A stretch of 62,030 nt of DNA, counting the filler, from Pirum gemmata (lineage: Eukaryota), in NCBI GenBank assembly GCA_002812295.1. It is 14 parts of 14 records of this genome, joined end to end, with 100 filler letters (N's around TTAATTAATTAA, not from the genome) between each part and the next. Parts side by side here need not be neighbours in the genome. Positions count along the whole stretch, not along the records: positions 39,588 to 45,244 come from PDIN01001503.1; positions 45,345 to 49,438 come from PDIN01001504.1; positions 49,539 to 53,634 come from PDIN01001505.1; 11 more parts are not named here. One strand, given 5' to 3'. The notes beneath the pieces are model-generated. The model ran no database searches, had not been told where the DNA came from, and worked only from the letters and a program-made list of their open reading frames with translations. A program made the position numbers and the translations under genes. Every line of letters begins with the position of its first letter. Position 1 is the stretch's first letter. Below, one piece after another: positions 40,130 through 53,634 of the stretch.

Positions 40130-43100
40130 CTGTAGGGGAGAGGTGCTGGCTACCAGGGTCCGTGCTATAATATTGATGATAGTAAGTGTAATATTGTTGG
40201 TAATAATGATTGTAATCTTCTTGAGTATACGCCGCTTCTTCGGTTTTCGGGGGATCTTCAGCGACAGGTTGTTCATATCCACTCCATTGATCATACCCTA
40301 TTATTCACCAGTATATAGACATTTCATTTCATTACTATTTTCATAATTATTATTATTATTATTATTATTGTTGTTGTTGTTGTTGTTATTGTTATTGCAT
40401 ATTAGTGGTAACATAACGGCACCAGTGGGGGGCCACATATACAGTAGCGCGTATTATTAAATACATGGTACATATATAGAGAAAATTATTGATTAACTTT
40501 GTTTAAGTTCAAGAAGGAAATTAGAAACTACAGCATACCTTGGTGTTCTGTAGCTTGCTCATAACTACGCTGTCCTGGTGCAGTAGGAGCGGCACCTATG
40601 TTTACAATAATAATAATATTAAGTGTTTGTTTACTTTATGGTTATAGTATAGTTAGGTAATATAAAATATTCGGTTTACGATTAAAGATTAATGATAAAT
40701 GGTTGATTTAATGCTTAATGTTTAATGTGTAATACTTAATGGTCAATGGTTATTGGTTGATAGATAATGGTTGATAGATGATGGTTAGTGGCTTTTACCT
40801 GCCATTCCCCCCTGTGCACCAACGTGAGGTGACATTCCTGGAGGTCCGTGGGGACGGGGTCCTCTTGTACCTGGCCTTGGTTGTTGTCCTTGCGGAGCTG
40901 TTGGACGGTGCTGCTGGTGTGGAAGTTGGTGCTGGCTCGGTGCTTGGTGTTGTGGTGGTGCTAGGTGTTGTGGTGGTGCTTGGTGTTGTGGTGATGGCTG
41001 GTATTGTTGTGGTGGTTGATATTGTTGCGGCGGCTGATGTTGAGGTGGTCGATAAGGTGGTTGCTGATGTAGAGGTGGTCGATTAGGTGGTTGTTGAAGT
41101 GGCTGTTGTGGTTGTTGTGGGCGAGAAGGTCTTTGTCCGGGCGGGTTTACACGAGGAACACCTTGGGCAGAAAGCAATCCATTCGGGTTTCCTAAATACA
41201 CCAAAGAACAACGTAAACATGAAATATTTTGATTGAATGGAGAGAAATTTGGTGATGTATAGGGAGGATTTCATTAAAATAAAGTTTTAAGAGTTAGAGT
41301 TGGGATTAGGGTTAGGGTTAGGTGCGTACCAGGAGGGCGCACTCCAGGAGGAAGCTGTCCAGGTGGTATATGTGGTTGGGGCGGGCGAGATGACATATGA
41401 GGTGGTCCTTGGCCTTTATCTGTATAAATCAAATTTTAAAAAAATGAGCAAAATTGTAATTAAAAATGTAATACCATCATCTTACATCACTTACATATAC
41501 CACACATACACATACACATTTACACATACATACACATACATACATTCATACATACATACATACATACATACACAATACACACAATATACACACATACACA
41601 TACACATACACACACTACACACACATGTACATACACATACACACATTACACATACATGCACACATCACACACATCACACATATACACATATACACACATG
41701 CACACATCACACACATCACACATATACACATATACACACATGCACACATACACATATCATATAATATATATATATATATATATATATACCACAAATACCA
41801 TAATCATTTTTGCGATCACTATTAGACCTTTCCCCTTTATAATTTCTATCATAATAATCCCCTTTGTTGTACGACGATGAACGATCCCGATCTCGATCTC
41901 GATCTCGATCTCGATCTCGATCGCGGTCACGGTTATCCCGGCCACGGTCACGGCTACGGTCACGATCACGGTCACGATCACGGTCACGGTCACGGTCATG
42001 ATCACGGTCACGGTCACGGTCACGGTCACGGTCACGTGAATGATCACGGCCAATATTTTTTTCTTGATAAGGCGATCGACCTCTTGGTCCGCCTTAAAAC
42101 AATAACGTTGAAAATAAGGGTTAGACATGTGTGGTATGGTGAATTTTTTTTGTGTATAATTTGTTGGGTACGTTAAAACATGATCGATCCCACACACACT
42201 AAGTTTAGTACCCCCTTTTGTTATTTACAATATATAATCTCCACCAATACATGGTTACATATGCTATTCAAGACGTAAACCATACTCATACTACCAAACA
42301 AGACTAGTAGAAAGAGTGAAAAGTATGTAAAACGTACCTGCATGATCAAATCCTGGACGAGGTGGACGCATTAAATGAAGAGGCCCTAAATTAAATTTTT
42401 ATCAAAATTAACAATTTTTTACGAAAAACATAATGTTACAGAAATCAAAATAAGCCATCAACACCAAAAAATCACCCTGACAATACCACTTAATTCTTAA
42501 AAAAAACCAAAAAAAAAACTCCAAATCTAAATACCTTCAGGACCGCGAGGTAGTCCATCTGGTCGATTAGGTCGAGGTCCTAGATAAAGATGTGAATTTT
42601 ATGATTGAAGAAATTTATGATTAGTAATACATATTGAAGAGTAAAAAATGTTAGGATAACATAAACAAAAACAGTAGAATTATCCTCCCCTAGTTTGTAT
42701 AATATAGCTAAAGAGACTAAAAAGCTTGCAATCTCGCAAAGAAAATGACAATTTCTAGCAAATTTCATTCTCTGAACTAAACACATTTTTAAACGACAAT
42801 ATCAATATACTGTATATAATTCTGGCTTACCGTTTGGTCTACCATCACGTGGACCAGGAGGAGGAACTCGAGGGCCCGGTCCTCGAGGTCCTCCTGCTGG
42901 TGGGCCACCTCTTAGTCCTGCAGGGGGCATCCCACCCCTTGGTCCTCCTGGTGGGCCACCCCTTGGTCCTCCTGGTGGGCCACCCCTTGGTCCTCCTGGT
43001 GGGCCACCCCTTAGCCCTGCGGGAGGCATCCCACCTCTTGGTGGTGGACCAATAAGTGGACCATGGGGTGCTCCCGGTGGCCCACCTCTTGGCCCTCCTG

Positions 43101-43442
43101 GTGGTGGTCCCCCTCTCGGTCCTCCTGGTCCTAGCCCTGGTGGGGCTCTATGCCTTGGGCCTTGCCCTGGCCCTGTCAGTCCAGGTGGTCCAGGTGGTTC
43201 TGTGGTTTTAAACGATTAAAATTAATTATAATAGCAATGATAACTGTAAAGATGAAGAGAAATTTTGTCGTCCTTGTTGTTGTTTTTGTAAAGGCGGTAA
43301 AGCTTAGGTTGATCAGCAAGAAATGTGGTAATGCGACTTACTGGGTCCCCCTCTCGGTGGTCGGTCCATATGAGGTGGTGGTGGCATGCCTGGCCTTTGT
43401 CCGGCGAGGCCAGGTGGTGGTCTCATTCCTGGTCTATGGTCC
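40130..43442 (-). CDS. Low-complexity Pro/Gly/Gln-rich protein with PRGG repeats (partial, 8 exons)
   Basis: Exons 43442-43342, 43199-42831, 42579-42535, 42385-42338, 41419-41330, 41191-40799, 40595-40539 and 40297-40130 join in frame through phase-1 GT-AG introns. Contains (GGPPGGPRGG)n, then QQPP repeats and a Tyr-rich segment. Start and stop not located. Confidence 0.82.
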
Positions 43443-43559
43443 CTGATGTTTTATCAAATTATTAAAAAAGTGCAATTGAAGTAAAAATTAATAAAACTAC
43501 CGCTAAAAAAATATAAATTAAACTCTTAAAGAACAAAAATAGTCAAAAATAATAGCGCG

Positions 43560-43627
<68 letters not shown>

Positions 43628-45899
43628 AAAAAATTTCTAAGTAATATCAAAATAATATCAACAACAAAAAAAGGGGGGATGCAGGGTGTGTATAATTTAT
43701 AGCAATATATAATATATACGAAAGTAAAGTCAAAGATATAATAATAANTATTACAATAATATTATCATAACAACATATAATGATATGTAATCAATAATCA
43801 ATATCATAATACATCATAATGATGTATGTGTCTATATATATAGACCTCTCTATATATAGTTTTATCTTTTTAAAAATCCGAGAACAATGTGCGAAAACTA
43901 CATTTTTAAATAATAATAATAATAATAAAATAATAATAAAATAAAATAAAAATAATAATAATAATAAAAATTGTTTTTGAGTTGTGTCTTTTTTTTATTT
44001 ATCAATCAATCAATACTATTTTTTTTTTTTTTTTTTTTTTTCATTTTCATATATTTATTTAAATTGGTAGATTAAATATTAAATATTATGTCAAATCTAC
44101 AGAATGATATTTTGATATCCTACGGGATATTTTGTACTATATTTATTATTTCCATGCCTCTATTTGTTCTGCGGTAATTATTTTTATTTTTAGTTATTGT
44201 ACCCCGTTCTGCTTTGTAGATTTCCTACCTTATTATCGTATATATATAATATCTTTATTTTTATTACTACCATTACTAGTATTGTTATTGTTACTGTTAT
44301 TNTAACCCTAACCCTAACCCTAACCCTAACCCTAACCCTAACCCTAACCCTAACCCTAACCCTAACCCTAACCTCTCTTTTTTATAAATCTTGCAATAAA
44401 TTATATTGTTTATTGTTTATTGTTTATTGCAATTGTTTATTGTTTACTTTTATATAGTTTATTGTTTTTTATATCGTTAATTAATAATTAATTAATGATA
44501 GTAGCTACTAGATAGACTCTAGCTAGCTATCATAATATGATAGTGGATAGCTTTAGGGTTAGGGTTAGGGTTAGGGTTAGGGTTAGGGTTAGGGTTACCC
44601 CCAGAGTCCAGACCCCCCCCTGCTCTGAAGCTCTGTTATGACTCATGAGCTGTTATGATAGACTAATATGCTTTTATTTTGTCACTCTGAATATTTATTT
44701 GGTTGGTTATAATATTTAATTTGATACTTTTAAATTAATAATAACATTATAAAATATACCAAATTAAATAAAATGAATTTATATAGTATTAATTTGGTAC
44801 TCTTTATTGTATATTTTATGATGACAAAAAACTGAAAAGCACGATCTACTAGTAGACTAGCTAGTCTAGCTAGAGTAGTCTCGAGAGAGTAGTCTATAGT
44901 CTAGCCAGGCTACCTAGCTAGCTAGCTAGACTCTATGTCGAAGCCTGCGAACATCTGCGAACACTGCGAAGAAGCTACATACTACTAGCTAGCTATCTAG
45001 CTACTCCAGCTAGCTAGACTAGTAGACCGGGTAGATTGTCTAGCTAGACTCTCGGAAGGTAGACTCGGTAGACTACTCAATAATTCCGAATTAAACTTTA
45101 TCGGACATTTATTTTATATAAAAAGAAGTTTCATTATCATATAAACTGAAATACTACTACGAGTATGGTGGGGGAATTCTTTTAATTAGTGCCAAATTTC
45201 AAAATTTTTGAAAAATTACAGTTTTTTGAATTTTTGACCGATTTNNNNNNNNNNNNNNNNNNNNNNNNNNNNNNNNNNNNNNNNNNNNTTAATTAATTAA
45301 NNNNNNNNNNNNNNNNNNNNNNNNNNNNNNNNNNNNNNNNNNNNCTGTAAGTTTAAATAATATATATATATCACATGGGTATGTTTTTACATACATCTCA
45401 TCTAAGTTCACCGCCCAAGAATCAGTCACAATATTGCTAAGAATATTAATATTAATCATATAATAATCATAATCATAATCATAATCACAATCATTATCAT
45501 AATCATTATCATAATAATCATAATCATAAATACTACTTTTTTTCATTGCAGCGGACTAAAGTACGGGTGACGTCATAATAATTGGCTGGTACATCGATTT
45601 AGAATTTCCCCTCTCAAAATTATATTACTAATTATTGATAGACTAAGAGTAGTTATGACGTTTATTGATTACTCTCATACACCCAAAAATGGTAATATTA
45701 TATATGAGAATCTATGAGAGGGGGGATAGGAAAAAAAAATGTATTTATAATAAATTAATATTGTGACGTATTTTTTAACTTTTTCCTAACATTCCATTCA
45801 TGCACTCTTTGAATACTAAAACACACAATTGTACCAAAATATTAATTGGCGCCAAATTATATTTATATAATTTGACTCTATTAATATTCGAGCTTTCTT

Positions 45900-47510
45900 G
45901 TTTGAAAAACAACAAGCTCAAGAAATGTGCAACTTTCGGGTAAGCTTAATATTAACCCTGAAAAGCAGGAAAAGTAGGATATTATACAAAATATAGTAAA
46001 AATATCATATTTAATCCTGTATTTCTCCTTTTTTCTATAAAAGCTGTTAGCGGATTAAAGGAAAATTAGGATATTACAGTTGATTTTATACAAAAATGTA
46101 GTAAAAATGTCCTATATTTCCCCTTATTTTATAAAATTTTGTTTGAAAATTACAAGGAAATATTTTTCATATTTTTCATATTTTTCATAATATATAGTTC
46201 GCTTGAGAAAAAAAAAAGACAATAACGAGCTTTTCGAAATGGATTTTAATGGGTAAAATAACTTAAAATAAACTACGTTTTAGTCATTTTTTTATATAAC
46301 TACATATGCTCGATATTCTCGTTCAATGACTTTATTTGAAAAAAAAAAAAAATCGATACAGAAAAAGTCACATGAAAAAGTCACATGAAAAAATCTCCAG
46401 AAAAAATCTCCGATTTGTTTCAAAAGTCAAGTATTTTATTTTTTACCTTATCTTGACATTTTGCCGTGCCTCTCAATCTAGAGACTTTTTAAGGGCAAAA
46501 ATGTTGCCCTAAAAAAAAAATTGCCCTGAAAACAAAAGGTGATGATGACGTTTTCTCAAAAGTCTCCAGTTTCCAACTCAAAAATCTCTTTAGAAAAACC
46601 GTTGCACCTCTAATATTAACTACTTTTTTTCTTTTTTACATCCGCCATATGAGCTCAAAATTCCAAAAAATCTCAAAATGATCCAATTTTAAAGAAAGTA
46701 CTACCAAATCAAATGTTAAGAAATCTAACAAAAAAAAACTCTATTATGAACCATTGGATAGTTTTAAAAATAATTTGGCTAGTTTTAAAAATAATTTGGT
46801 TAATTAGCATTAACTGTTTTTAGAAAAGAAGCCCAAAAAAAAAAATTAATTTCTACAGTTTGGCTGTTTTTTTTTTTATGCATTTATAAAAAAAAAGGGT
46901 GTTAACACAGCAAGTAGGAAAAGTAGGTTATTATACAAAATATAGTAAAAATATCCTGTTTAATCCTATATTTCCCCTTTTTTTTATAAAATTTTTGTTT
47001 GAAAAATACACAATTACAACAAGCTCGAAAAATGTGCAACTTTCGGGTAACCCTCTAATATTAACAAAAAGTGTTGTTGGCACCCTGAAAAGCAGGAAAA
47101 GTAGGATATTATACAAAATACAGTAAAAATATCCTATTTAATCCTATATTTCCCTTTTTTCTATAAACTTTTGTTTGAAAAAAAAAAAACAAACACAACA
47201 AGCTCGAAAAATGTGCAATTTTCGGGTAACCCTAATATTAACTACTTTTAAAAGAAAAATCGTGGAAAGTAGGAAAAGAAGGATATTATACAAAATATAA
47301 TAAAAGTATCCTATTTAATCCTATATTTCTCCTTTTTTCTATAAAATTTTGTTTGAAAAATACACAATCACAACAAGCTCGAAAAATGTGCAACTTTCAG
47401 GTAACCCTAATATTTTAACTAAATAAGAAAAGTGTTGTTAGCCCCCCCAGAAAGTAGGAAAAGTAGGATATTATACAAAATCCTATACTCCCCCCTTTTT
47501 CTATAAACTG
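45900..47510. repeat. Tandem/dispersed repeat of about 180 bp (AAGCTCGAAAAATGTGCAACTTTCGGGTAA...AGGAAAAGTAGGATATTATACAAAA)
   Basis: Units at about 45915, 46910, 47020, 47200 and 47375; the intervening 46657-46870 is also shared with 19393-19566 on another contig. Confidence 0.8.
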
Positions 47511-48039
47511 CAAGACTGAATAAATTTATTATTAGCTTGCAATTATAATTAGTTCTTATTAGCCCTTCATCCTCCTCCTCTGCGTTCTTGATTTTTATTT
47601 ATTACTGCAGACCATAATCGAATCAAACAGCTCGATCCTAATTATTAAATAGTGACAAGTTTCAAGTTTTTTCTATGAAATTTCTAGGAATTTTTAAGAA
47701 TTTTTTAATGAAATCAAAACTTCAAAAATTAGATCGAAAAATTTCGAAAGTTTCGAACTAGTCTCGATTCGATGGTTTTTCTTGAATCTCCCTGTACCCC
47801 TCCCTGCGGTTTTGATTTATGTTTATTATCAGACTTTTTAATTTTCCGCCGGGATTTTTTCCCTGCGCTTTTTTTTTTATTTTTTTTTTATCAGAATTAC
47901 TTTTATTTTTTCCCTGCGCTTTTTGGTTTATTGTATTTTTTTTCTTTTTGTTAGTTAACACTAACTTGGTATTTTGTTTTCCTGTTTTATATTCCCGGTA
48001 ATGCACTAGAAGAACGATTACCTATTTATATATAAAACG

Positions 48040-48900
48040 ATTTTATTATCATTATGATTATCATTATGATTATCATTATGATTATCAATATGATTATCAT
48101 TATGATTATCATTATGATTATCATTATGATTATCATTATGATTATCATTATGATTATCATTGTGAATTATTATTATTATTATTATGATTATGATTATGAT
48201 TATGATTATGATCATGATTATGATTATGATTATGATTATGATTATGATTATGATTATGATTACGATTATGATTATGATCATAATTATGATTATGATTATG
48301 ATTGTTATTATGATTATGATTATGATTGTGATTATGATTATTATTATGATTATGATTATGACTATGAATTTCATTATCATTATCATGATCATTATCATGA
48401 TCATGATCATTATTATTATCATTATTTTCATCATTATCATTATTATTATCTTTATCACTATAATTATGATTATGATTGTGATTATAATTGTGATTATGAT
48501 AATGATTATAATTATGATTTCCATTACCATTACCATTACCATTATAATTATTATTGTAATTATAATTATAATTAAGATTATAATTATGATGATTATAAAG
48601 ATTATGTTTTTGTTTATCATTATGATTTATGATTTTGATTATGATCATGGTAAGTATTAAAATTGAAATTAAGATTGTGATTGTGATTATGATTATGATT
48701 ATGATTATAATTATAATTAAGATTATAATAATATACATTATGATAATAATAATGATTATGATTGTGATTGTACATTATACTTAACCATATGATTATGATT
48801 ATGATTATGATTATGATTATTATTATTATTATGACTATAGTTATGGTTATGATTTTATGATTATGATTCTAGTAATGATTATGCTTGTGAATATAATTGT
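48040..48900. repeat. Long (GATTAT)n / (ATT)n-type microsatellite field
   Basis: Directly visible hexamer and trimer repeats; they account for the spurious Ile/Met/Asn/His ORFs here. Confidence 0.95.
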
Positions 48901-50249
48901 GATTGAGATTGTTACATAATTATTATAATAATTATTATAATACCTCCAGATTTTTTATTGAATTCTCGATGTTGTAGGCGAGGGCTATCCAACAAAGAAG
49001 TAAGTTGTGGTTTATTTTGAAAAGCTAAAGTAATAATAATAATAATAATAATAATAGTAATAAATAAATAAATAAGTAAATAAATAAAACAGATAAACAC
49101 AAAACCAAAACCAAAAAACAAAAACAAAAAAGTCAAAACCGAAACCAAAAACCAAAACCAAAACCAAAAAACCAAAACCAAAAACCAAAAACCAAAAACC
49201 AAAAACCAAAAACTAAAAACTAAAAACCAAAACCAAAAACCAAAAACCAAAAACCAAAAACCAAAAACCAAAAACCAAAATCAAACAAGACGGACTCCAA
49301 CCCTAACCCTAACCCTTACCCTAACCCTAACCAACCCTTACCCTAACCCTAACCCTAACCCTAGGGTGATACGGGAAAACATAATCGAATCAAACAGCTC
49401 GATCCTAATTATTAAATATTGACAATTTTGAAATGATANNNNNNNNNNNNNNNNNNNNNNNNNNNNNNNNNNNNNNNNNNNNTTAATTAATTAANNNNNN
49501 NNNNNNNNNNNNNNNNNNNNNNNNNNNNNNNNNNNNNNCCCACTAAAAATATCGCTAAAAGTAGGTTTAGTAGTAAATTTACCTTGTCAAATATAATAAT
49601 AAAATGTCAAATGTCAATCATAAGGTCAAATAAATGAACACATATCATAGAAACGATAGTAATGTTAACTGAGACTAATAACAACTGTATTTGTGATTTG
49701 TGATTGGTTATCTATCTATCTATCTATCTATATATTATAGTATTTCTGCGGTAAATATCCCGGGTAAGTATCCCAGGCAAATATATCGGAGTGGTTTTAC
49801 ATTTATATATTTGTTCATTTTTAAAAAGAAAAAACATACAAAATGATAAAGTGACCTTATTAATCAAAATAGACACATTTAAACAAAATGACAATATATA
49901 TATGACAATACATATAATATATAAGAAATATATGACGGGAGTTCTAAGTGTTACTCGGGAATTAATTCAAATTTAAAAATATTAAATAATGATGATTATG
50001 ATGATGAATTCAAAAAGTTTATTCTACCAATTAGGTAAATTTCTTCAAAACAAAAAAAATAGTTTAAAATGTAATCATGAGTTTTGTATTAGTTTATTAA
50101 ACGTTAAGTAACTACTTAGAACTCGAGAGTTATCATAGAGTTCGAGAGTATTAAATGATCTTGAATATGGTTTTTTTTATGGCTGCGACATCCATAACAT
50201 TTGGAGATCCGTGTTATCCATGATTTCCGTGTTATCCATGATTTCCGTG

Positions 50250-50573
50250 TTATCCGTTGTTATCCGTGTTATCCGTGTTATCCGTGTTATCCGTGTTATC
50301 CGTGTTATCCGAGAGTTCATTTAATAATATATTACTCAATTCAATATCACGGTAATAAATTGCAGAATTCTGAATTTCAATCAAATTTTTAATTTCAAAA
50401 TATCGTTGATAAGAGTTAATTAATTTATTTAAGTTTCCATTCTTGCTTTTTAATTTAGTATTTTCTTCTCTTAGTTCATCAATGGTTTTAGTTAATATTC
50501 TAAATATTGGGTGTGATTGTAGTTCTTTGGACGAGTTAACACTCAAAAATTCTAAAGATGATATATTGCTCAT
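50250..50573 (-). CDS. Intronless hypothetical ORF with coiled-coil and (DNT)n tail
   Basis: 107 aa; TIDELREENTKLKSKNGNLNKLI looks coiled-coil; the 3' end is a 9-bp GATAACACG tandem repeat. No family recognised. Confidence 0.4.
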   Translation of the reverse strand: MSNISSLEFLSVNSSKELQSHPIFRILTKTIDELREENTKLKSKNGNLNKLINSYQRYFEIKNLIEIQNSAIYYRDIELSNILLNELSDNTDNTDNTDNTDNTDNNG

Positions 50574-51744
50574 GATTCTACGAATTTACATTCGATTTCG
50601 TCATCCAAATAATAATCCGAATCCGAATCAGTTTAGTTCCATATCATATAAGAATAAATTAATGTTATTAATTTATTAATTTATTAATTTTATTAATTTT
50701 ATTAATTTTTATTTTTTATTTTTTAATTTTTTAATTTTTTAATTTTTTAATTTTTAATTTTTTAATTTTTATTTTTATATCATACTTTTAAAACTCTCAA
50801 AATAATAATAATCATAGAGTTCGAGATCTACGAGTGTTTCTAGAGTTCTGTGAGTGTTTCTAGCTAGAGTGTTTCTAGCTATCATAGAGTTCTAGCTAGA
50901 GTTCTACGAGTGCTAGCTAGCTAGATTGTTTTTAGAGTGCTACTAGCTAGAGTGTTTCTAGAGTCTACGAGTTCTAGAGTTCTTCGAGTGGGTTTTTTAT
51001 TTTATTTCAATTTATTTTTTATTTTATTTCAATTTATTTTTATTTTATTTCAAATATCATACAAAAATAAAATAAAAACTTATTATTATATTGGAATATA
51101 GAGTTACAAAAATATTGAAATGGAATAAGAAATTATTAAGTTGTTATCCGAGAGTTCTAATTGTTACTCGAGAGTTCAATGAGAGTTCTATTCTAAGTAG
51201 GTGTTAAGTGTCATCCGTGTCTAAGTGTCATCCGTGTTATCAATTATATTAAGATCATTGTACAAAACTGTAGAGCCAATCATGTTTTTACTTTCAAAGT
51301 ATATATAGTGTTATTAGAAGCAAGAACTTATGAAAAAAACTTAAAAGTTCTTGACACACGTCTTACTCAAACAATCATCGCATGCTACAAAAATACAGCT
51401 GTGATACCAAGCGCCACGGTTTTATATCAATTGGTCAGATTGGTACCGTGGGATGTTTTGGGCCAAAAGGCCCAAAACATCCCAATTTCGTAGCCCAATT
51501 TTGTGTACCGATAGACTAACTTTTTTTTATTATCATACCAAGGACTTCAAAAAAAGGTTCTTTTTTTGAAGCCCTTGATCATACGCATACATAAAATAAA
51601 AAAAACTTTTTTTTGAGCAAAATGTAACGTCCAAAAAAGAAATATTTATACTAAAAAAAGATAAATATACTTCATATAGTACTATTTACCAAATATAAAA
51701 GTAATATTTTATTTACAAATATAGCTTATATTATACCTTAAATA

Positions 51745-52504
51745 CCGGGTAGATTCAAATAATCCAAACATGGAATGCATTACCAAAATAGGCATACAAT
51801 TGGAAAACTGTATTAATTTATCAAAAGAAAGGTAAAGAAAGGTACTTAAAAATTATTCTATTATTAATATGATACACACTCCCACATAAATATTACCACT
51901 CCCACATATCGACATAATATGTTATCAATTATTCCAACTCAAGAGCAATTTGCTTTTCACTCATACATTCATAGATTTTAGTTCCTGATAAATCTTCGAG
52001 ATGTTTTTTAAATGTTGCCAATTCTTCACTACTAGCCCGAGGGTTTTAAGACCACATTTAGTGAAACCGTTTCTTAAGAAGTTGGACTTCATACTTTTTC
52101 GATTGATAATGTTTTTTCAATAAAACCTGTTAATAAATCTTCTCGTGAAACTTGAATGGTTGAAAAAGTAACACCTTCTTTCATTTTCGCCTTAAATAAC
52201 TCAGCTTTGTGTTGTAAATAAAATCCCCTAACACAATCTTTGATGGGTTTATTAATAACGAGATCTCAAGTTTGTATAATGAAAGTTAAACCACCATCAA
52301 TGAGTGCCAATATAATAACTATTCCCTCAGTATTATATTATTTTCATTATCTTCTCGCACCCAATTCAACATTTCCTCGGCTATGTGAACAGGCGCACTA
52401 TCCCAAATCAACCTCTACCAGGATACTCCGACTTCAGCAGTACTTCAGCTCATATAAATCACCCCCTAAAGTGTAAATAACTGGATAGAATTTTTATCTA
52501 CCGG
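51745..52504 (-). mobile_element. Internally deleted pogo/Tigger-like (DDE_1) transposon with decayed transposase
   Basis: Minus-strand LIDGGLTFIIQT*DLVINKPIKD...RNGFTKCGL (about 52320-51929) matches the pogo IPGG.T..LQPLD..INKPFK and N.F.KCG motifs, with stops and a frameshift. Imperfect TIRs TA|CCG(G)GTAGAT at both ends, flanked by TA. Confidence 0.8.
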
Positions 52505-53600
52505 TATAATAAATCACCCCTATTAAACCCCCAAAAGTCAAAAACATCCGCAAACACAATAACATCGATCTAGCTAGCTATCATAAATAATTATTATTCA
52601 TAATATCTATGATATATCATAGAAGTCTAATATCGATACATAGAGGGGTCTATATCATACTACTTAATTTTTATAATAAAGCTGTTTCACCTTGCATCAT
52701 AATTATATAAAATGACCCCGTGGGAGTCCGGTCTACTCCCAAGCCAAGCTACTATCTGATAGCTAGCTAGCTAGCTAGTTGCTACTAGTAGGTAGTCTAA
52801 ATAGTCTAATAAATCTCGAAAAATTGTGGTGAAAATGTCTCTTTTTTTCTTGCTGTTTCATATTTCTTAATTAAGAAACACTCTTACTTTATTTGAGACA
52901 TCCCAAGAGCACTAGATGGAAACTAGACGATTTTTTTCTCCCCTTGTGTATAGATACTGTATATGATAGACTACTAGATAGATTATAGATAGACGCCTAG
53001 CTAGCTAGCTACTAGCTAGTAGATAGACAGTATAGACAGACTATCTATATATCAGCCACCAGCTAGCTAGTCTAGCTACCGCTCTCATACTAGCTAGAGA
53101 CCTACATGATATTATTATAATATTATGATAGACTACATGTCTTTTGCGGACCGGACCACCTCCCCTTTTTCAGAACTTTGTATCAAGCTAGTCTATGCAT
53201 TTTTTTTTGTCCCCAGCGAAACAAGGAAGGTCTCTAACTAAACTAACTAACTAAACTACCAGCTAGCTAGCTAGCTAGTAGCTACTAGTAGCCAGGGGTT
53301 TTTAAGACTACTACTAGCTAGCTAGCTAGCTAGCTATGATAGCAAGGAAGGTCTGTAAGTAGCTACTATCACTATCAGATACTAACTAGCTAGACTATGA
53401 TAGTAGCTTTTTTATTATCATATATACGGTTATATACCTGATATCGATATCTATCTGATATGATATAATTATGATATCATATTATTATAAATATTATATC
53501 GATAACTAGCTAGCTAGCTAGCTAGCTAGTAGCTATCATACTAGATAGTAGATACTGTTAGCTACATTATTATTATGATATTATTATCTATTATTATCGA

Positions 53601-53634
<34 letters not shown>

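Noticed and set aside
40106..40294. ORF MINGVDMNNLSLKIPRKPKKRR with an apparent NLS
   Set aside because: Wrong frame; splice phases support the Tyr-rich frame (YDQWSGYEQP...) of the Pro/Gly-rich gene.
45900..47510. CRISPR-like repeat-spacer array
   Set aside because: Units are long diverged tandem duplicates without unique spacers; eukaryotic context and no cas genes.
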